Shown here: in pieces, positions 60,020-64,000 of the stretch
How the letters are laid out: every line of letters begins with the position of its first letter
Numbering within the stretch: the stretch's first letter is position 1
Origin: Candidatus Cloacimonadales bacterium
GTDB taxonomy: Bacteria > Cloacimonadota > Cloacimonadia > Cloacimonadales > JAFGVF01
Assembly: GCA_963678315.1 (NCBI GenBank)
Contig: OY782781.1
Span: 2,720,001-2,784,000, forward strand
DNA length: 64,000 nucleotides
Direction: 5' to 3'
Notes under the pieces: model-generated
Databases searched by the model: none
What the model was told of the DNA's origin: nothing
Seen by the model: the letters and a program-made list of their open reading frames with translations, nothing else
Translations under genes and position numbers: made by a program

Positions 60020-61753
60020 ATGAAAAAAGGTTACTATTTTGGCTTCGGATGTCTAACATCTATTGTATTATTAGGATTATTTTTTGTGGCGATGATTGTT
60101 GGTATAAGTCAATTTGCTAAAACATCATACAAACAGCTTAAACCAAGTTCTGCTCTTGTTGTAGAGCTTAAAGGTGAAATCCCAGAATACTCTAGAATTA
60201 AAGATGATAAATTCTTCTTTAAAAGTTCATCTGTTTCTGAAATAGTTGATGCAATTAAAAAAGCTACTTACGATGTAAATATCGATGCTCTTATCCTAAA
60301 ACCTGAAATGTTAATGTGTGGCTACGCTTCTATTAATGAAATTATTGAAGCAATTGAGTACTTTAAAAAATCTGGAAAAGCAGTTACTTCATTTGTAACT
60401 ATAGCATCTAATGCAGATATGCTTATTGCTTCAACAGCTGGAGAAATAGTTATTTCTGAATCATCTTCAGCAGGTGTAATGTTGAAAGGTTATGGCGTTA
60501 ACAGAGCATATTATAAAAGCCTTTTTGATAAATTTGGAATTAAAGTACACGTAATAAGTGCGGGAAAATACAAGGACTATGGAACTCAATATTCTCACAC
60601 ATCTATGAGTAATGAATCTAGAACAAACATTGAAAGAGTTCTTGAAAGTAGATATACAAAATTCATCAACCAACTTGGAAAGCAAAAAGATTTAGTTCCA
60701 TTAGCAATTGACCAAATTATTAAAAATGAGAGTTTTTTAATATTGAACAATTCAGAATCTGTAAAAACTGGTTTAGTTGATGACATCAAGTTCGAAATTG
60801 ATTATGAAACAAGCCTAGAAAAATATTATGATGATACTGTTAGTATTAAAGAATATTTAGCTAGCTTTAAAGTAGATAAAAAAGATAAATTAGATAAAAA
60901 TATTGCAGTTTTATATCTCAATGGTAGTATAATGCCATTAGAATCTGATTTTTCCAAGCTAAGTTCAGGTTGGATTAATGATGCAGTAGAAGATATTTTA
61001 GCAGACAACACAATCAAAGCTTGTGTTGTGAGAGTAAACAGCCCAGGTGGAAGTGCTCTAGAATCAGAGAAAATATTAAGAGTTCTACAAAAATTAAAAT
61101 CACAAATGCCAGTTGTAGTTTCTATGGGTAATGTAGCAGCGTCTGGTGGATATATGATAAGTTGTGTTGGTGATTATATTTTTGCAGATCCATATACCAT
61201 TACTGGTTCAATCGGGGTTGTTCAGTTAATACCAGAACTTAAAGATTTTCAAGAATCTATTGGTATTAATCATGAAAAAGTAGAGTATGGTAAAAAGAGC
61301 GATTGGCTAAACCCTTTGAATGGTATTTCTGAAACACAGAAACAAGCTTATAAAAACTCAGCTGATAACGTTTATAACTCTTTTAAAACCATAGTAATGA
61401 ATGGAAGAAGCAACAAATTTTCTTCTTTAGAAGAAGTTGATAAAGTAGCACAAGGTCAAGTGTGGGATGCAGAAAGCGCATTAGAAAATGGTTTAATTGA
61501 CGAGATTGGATCCTTAACTAAAGCAGCTAAATACTCAGCATCTAAAGCAAATATTGACCAATACCAAATTAAAAACTTCCCAGTAAAAAAAGATATTTTT
61601 GAACTATTCATGGCAGATCAACTAGGATTAGACCAAGTTAAAACCATGTTAATGAAAAATACTTCCAATACTCTCTATGAACAAAAAGTATTCTTTGACG
61701 CAATCAAAAATAATAGCATTCAAACATTAATGCCTATTAGCTTCGATAATTAG
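60020..61753 (+). CDS. sppA: Signal peptide peptidase SppA (long, two-domain type)
   Basis: GKYKD, RVNSPGGS..ESE, SMGNVAASGGY, TGSIGV, AQGQVW, GLIDEIG. Confidence 0.93.
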   Translation: MKKGYYFGFGCLTSIVLLGLFFVAMIVGISQFAKTSYKQLKPSSALVVELKGEIPEYSRIKDDKFFFKSSSVSEIVDAIKKATYDVNIDALILKPEMLMCGYASINEIIEAIEYFKKSGKAVTSFVTIASNADMLIASTAGEIVISESSSAGVMLKGYGVNRAYYKSLFDKFGIKVHVISAGKYKDYGTQYSHTSMSNESRTNIERVLESRYTKFINQLGKQKDLVPLAIDQIIKNESFLILNNSESVKTGLVDDIKFEIDYETSLEKYYDDTVSIKEYLASFKVDKKDKLDKNIAVLYLNGSIMPLESDFSKLSSGWINDAVEDILADNTIKACVVRVNSPGGSALESEKILRVLQKLKSQMPVVVSMGNVAASGGYMISCVGDYIFADPYTITGSIGVVQLIPELKDFQESIGINHEKVEYGKKSDWLNPLNGISETQKQAYKNSADNVYNSFKTIVMNGRSNKFSSLEEVDKVAQGQVWDAESALENGLIDEIGSLTKAAKYSASKANIDQYQIKNFPVKKDIFELFMADQLGLDQVKTMLMKNTSNTLYEQKVFFDAIKNNSIQTLMPISFDN

Positions 61754-61786
61754 ATAATGATATAAAAACTGTTGCAAAGGATTGCA

Positions 61787-63292
61787 ATGAGTTTAGAAAT
61801 AATTGTAAATGTTTCTCCCTTTGAGAAAAGAATAGCATTGTTAGAAAATGGAAAACTTCTCGAGTTCATTATCGAGAAACCAAATTCTACAAATATTGTT
61901 AATAACATCTACAAAGGGATTGTAAAAGATGTACTTCCCGGTATGGGAGCTGCCTTTATTGATATTGGTCTAGAAAGAACTGCCTTTCTACACTACTCAG
62001 ATATCAGAACAGACTATTTGGATGAAGTTGAAGGTGATGGTAAACTTAGCAGAAAATCGAATGATTCTTCTATGATTAGTAAATACCTTCACCCTGGACA
62101 AGAGATTATTGTTCAGGTTCAAAAAGGACCACTCAATAAAAAAGGTGCTAGACTTACAGGGCAAATATCGTTGCCAGGTAAGTTTCTTGTCTTCTTTCCA
62201 AACAAGAAGAAAGTCTCTCTTTCTAGAAAGATTTCTTCTATAAAAGAAAAAAAGAGACTTCGAAACTTACTCTACGATATGAAAAATGATGACCATGGTT
62301 TGATAGTAAGAACTGAAGCTGAAGGTTGTTCTGACGAAGATTTAACAGCGGAATACAAGGCATTGGTTAAAAGTTGGAAATTGATTGATAAACAAATCCA
62401 ATATTCCAAGCCTCCTGTTTGTATCTTTGATGAGAATAAACTTCAAAATACACTTATTAGAGACCTTTTTAGAGATGATGTAACTCGTGTTGTAATAGAT
62501 GATTTGGATTTCCTAAAGAGTATTAAACATGAAATTTCTGATATCTCCCCTGACCTTATCGATAGAATTGAATGGTATAACGAAGATTCTCCAATTTTTG
62601 ATGCCTTTGGTATAGAGAAAAAGATTCAATCAATTTTTAATTCCAAAGCTTACCTTCCAAGTGGTGGTAATATCCAAATAGACCAAACCGAAGCATTGGT
62701 TGCTATAGATGTTAATACTGGTAGCTTTACAGGTAAATCAAAGTATGAAGAAACTGTTAAAAAGACCAATAAAGAAGCTGCCAAAGAAGTAGCAAGACAG
62801 ATTAGACTTCGAGATTTATCTGGAATAATTATTGTTGATTTTATTGATATGGTTGAAGATGCTAGCAGAGAAGTAGTTCTTGATGTTCTTAGAAAAGAAC
62901 TTAGAAAAGATAGAGCCCGTAACAAAGCCTATCCATTTGGTCCTCTAGGATTGGTTCAAATTACAAGAAAAAGAATAAGACCATCTATCATTTCATCTTA
63001 TTCAGAATCATGTCCTTACTGCTACGGTTCTGGAAGAATATTCTCATGCGATGCCGTTATAATGAATATCAGTAGATGGCTAAATAGAGCAGAATATTTT
63101 ATCAAAGGTGATTTGCTCAGAGTTGAAGTTCACCCAGATATAAGAGCCTTTATTCTTAATAACCCTGACTACATTTATGACAACTATGATTTTAAAGTAG
63201 AATTCGTTAGTAATGAAGCTTTACACAGGCATGACTTCAAGGTATATCTTGGAAAACAAGGTAAAGAAATAACAGATCAATATAGTGCTTGA
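61787..63292 (+). CDS. rng: Ribonuclease G/E family
   Basis: NIYKG.V..VLPGM.AAFIDIG, KGARLT..IS, IDVNTG, QIRLRDL.G.I.VDFIDM, CPYC.G.G; no long C-terminal scaffold. Confidence 0.93.
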   Translation: MSLEIIVNVSPFEKRIALLENGKLLEFIIEKPNSTNIVNNIYKGIVKDVLPGMGAAFIDIGLERTAFLHYSDIRTDYLDEVEGDGKLSRKSNDSSMISKYLHPGQEIIVQVQKGPLNKKGARLTGQISLPGKFLVFFPNKKKVSLSRKISSIKEKKRLRNLLYDMKNDDHGLIVRTEAEGCSDEDLTAEYKALVKSWKLIDKQIQYSKPPVCIFDENKLQNTLIRDLFRDDVTRVVIDDLDFLKSIKHEISDISPDLIDRIEWYNEDSPIFDAFGIEKKIQSIFNSKAYLPSGGNIQIDQTEALVAIDVNTGSFTGKSKYEETVKKTNKEAAKEVARQIRLRDLSGIIIVDFIDMVEDASREVVLDVLRKELRKDRARNKAYPFGPLGLVQITRKRIRPSIISSYSESCPYCYGSGRIFSCDAVIMNISRWLNRAEYFIKGDLLRVEVHPDIRAFILNNPDYIYDNYDFKVEFVSNEALHRHDFKVYLGKQGKEITDQYSA

Positions 63293-63358
63293 CAAGATTC
63301 GTAAGTTTCTGGTTTATGTTCTATACGAAGAATTTATAATAAATTTGAAGGAGAAAAA

Positions 63359-63673
63359 ATGTACGCAATAGTTCATTTTAAAGGATATCAGTTTAAGGTT
63401 GAAAAAGATGCTATAGTAAAAGTACCTTACCTTGCTGACCATAATGCTGGCGACCAAGTTAGCATTGAAGACGTACTTGTTCTTAGAGAAGAAAATGATG
63501 TAACTTTTGGTTCTCCAAAAGTTGAAGGTGCAGTTGTGACTGCTGAAGTTCTTGGACACAAAAAAGATAAAAAAATTATCGTGTTTAAAAAGAAAAGAAG
63601 AAAAGGCTATAAAAAGAAAAATGGCCACAGACAAAACTTCACTGAAATTAAAATCAAAGAGATTAAAAAATAG
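63359..63673 (+). CDS. rplU: 50S ribosomal protein L21
   Basis: MYAIV...G.QFKV, G.P.V.GA.V, KRRK.Y.K..GHRQ. Confidence 0.98.
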   Translation: MYAIVHFKGYQFKVEKDAIVKVPYLADHNAGDQVSIEDVLVLREENDVTFGSPKVEGAVVTAEVLGHKKDKKIIVFKKKRRKGYKKKNGHRQNFTEIKIKEIKK

Positions 63674-63682
63674 GAGGAACTA

Positions 63683-63937
63683 ATGGCTCATAAGAAAGGT
63701 GTCGGATCGAGTAAAAACGGTAGAGATAGTAATCCTCAGTATCTCGGAGTAAAAAAATACGGTAATGAATTTGTTATTCCTGGTAACATCATCGTTAGAC
63801 AACGTGGAACAAAATTCCATCCAGGTCTAGGTGTTGGTATGGGTAAAGATCACACTATCTTCGCTACTTCAGAAGGTAAAGTTCAATTTGTTACAAAAAG
63901 AAATGGTAGAAAATTCATTAACGTGGTTTCTGCTTAA
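63683..63937 (+). CDS. rpmA: 50S ribosomal protein L27
   Basis: [31 protein letters not shown]. Confidence 0.99.
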   Translation: MAHKKGVGSSKNGRDSNPQYLGVKKYGNEFVIPGNIIVRQRGTKFHPGLGVGMGKDHTIFATSEGKVQFVTKRNGRKFINVVSA

Positions 63938-63956
63938 ATAAATAGTTTATTATTTT

Positions 63957-63988
63957 AAGAGTGTTGAAAAATCAACACTCTTTTTTTT
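63957..63988 (+). terminator. Intrinsic terminator after rpmA
   Basis: AAGAGTGTTGA/TCAACACTCTT stem followed by a T-tract. Confidence 0.88.
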
Positions 63989-64000
63989 ATATCTATAAAA

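Noticed and set aside
63674..63682. Prp protease gene between rplU and rpmA
   Set aside because: The gap is only 9 nt and L27 starts MAHKK without the cleavable N-terminal extension; this is the ordinary arrangement.

Overview
An AT-rich bacterial chromosome segment, most likely Cloacimonadota or a related FCB-group diderm anaerobe. This assignment is inferred from YPNPFNP/FlgD-Ig C-terminal sorting domains, the LPS genes kdsD and hldD, and a short-form L27. The window opens with the 5' end and promoter of a 16S rRNA gene (minus strand), followed by an intact IS1182-family element inserted in a palindrome. Most of the rest is housekeeping: gmk with a probable divergent rpoZ, gcvH, hslO, thiolase, prfB (programmed +1 frameshift)-uppS-cdsA-hldD, tilS-hpt-ftsH-hslVU, ttcA-like/queH, a DUF134/NifX/Fe-S ATPase operon, pyrR-pyrF, folC, thrS-kdsD-dtd, sppA-rng-rplU-rpmA, and several secreted proteins. 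The unusual signal is non-coding. (1) A 16-nt GC-rich palindrome, TCCGGCAGYWGCCGGA, occurs 5 times, always as an insertion or replacement inside another element; three of the copies sit in two broken copies of tRNA-Asn that flank the intact tRNA. (2) Two copies of a 160-215 nt rod-shaped hairpin show pairing-preserving substitutions, and one carries two extra mini-hairpin inserts opposite each other. (3) Five intergenic mosaics are built from shared REP-like palindromes and 7-/9-mer repeats. Together these suggest an active set of very small hairpin mobile elements whose mobilising enzyme is not in this window. No CRISPR array, prophage or defence island was seen.
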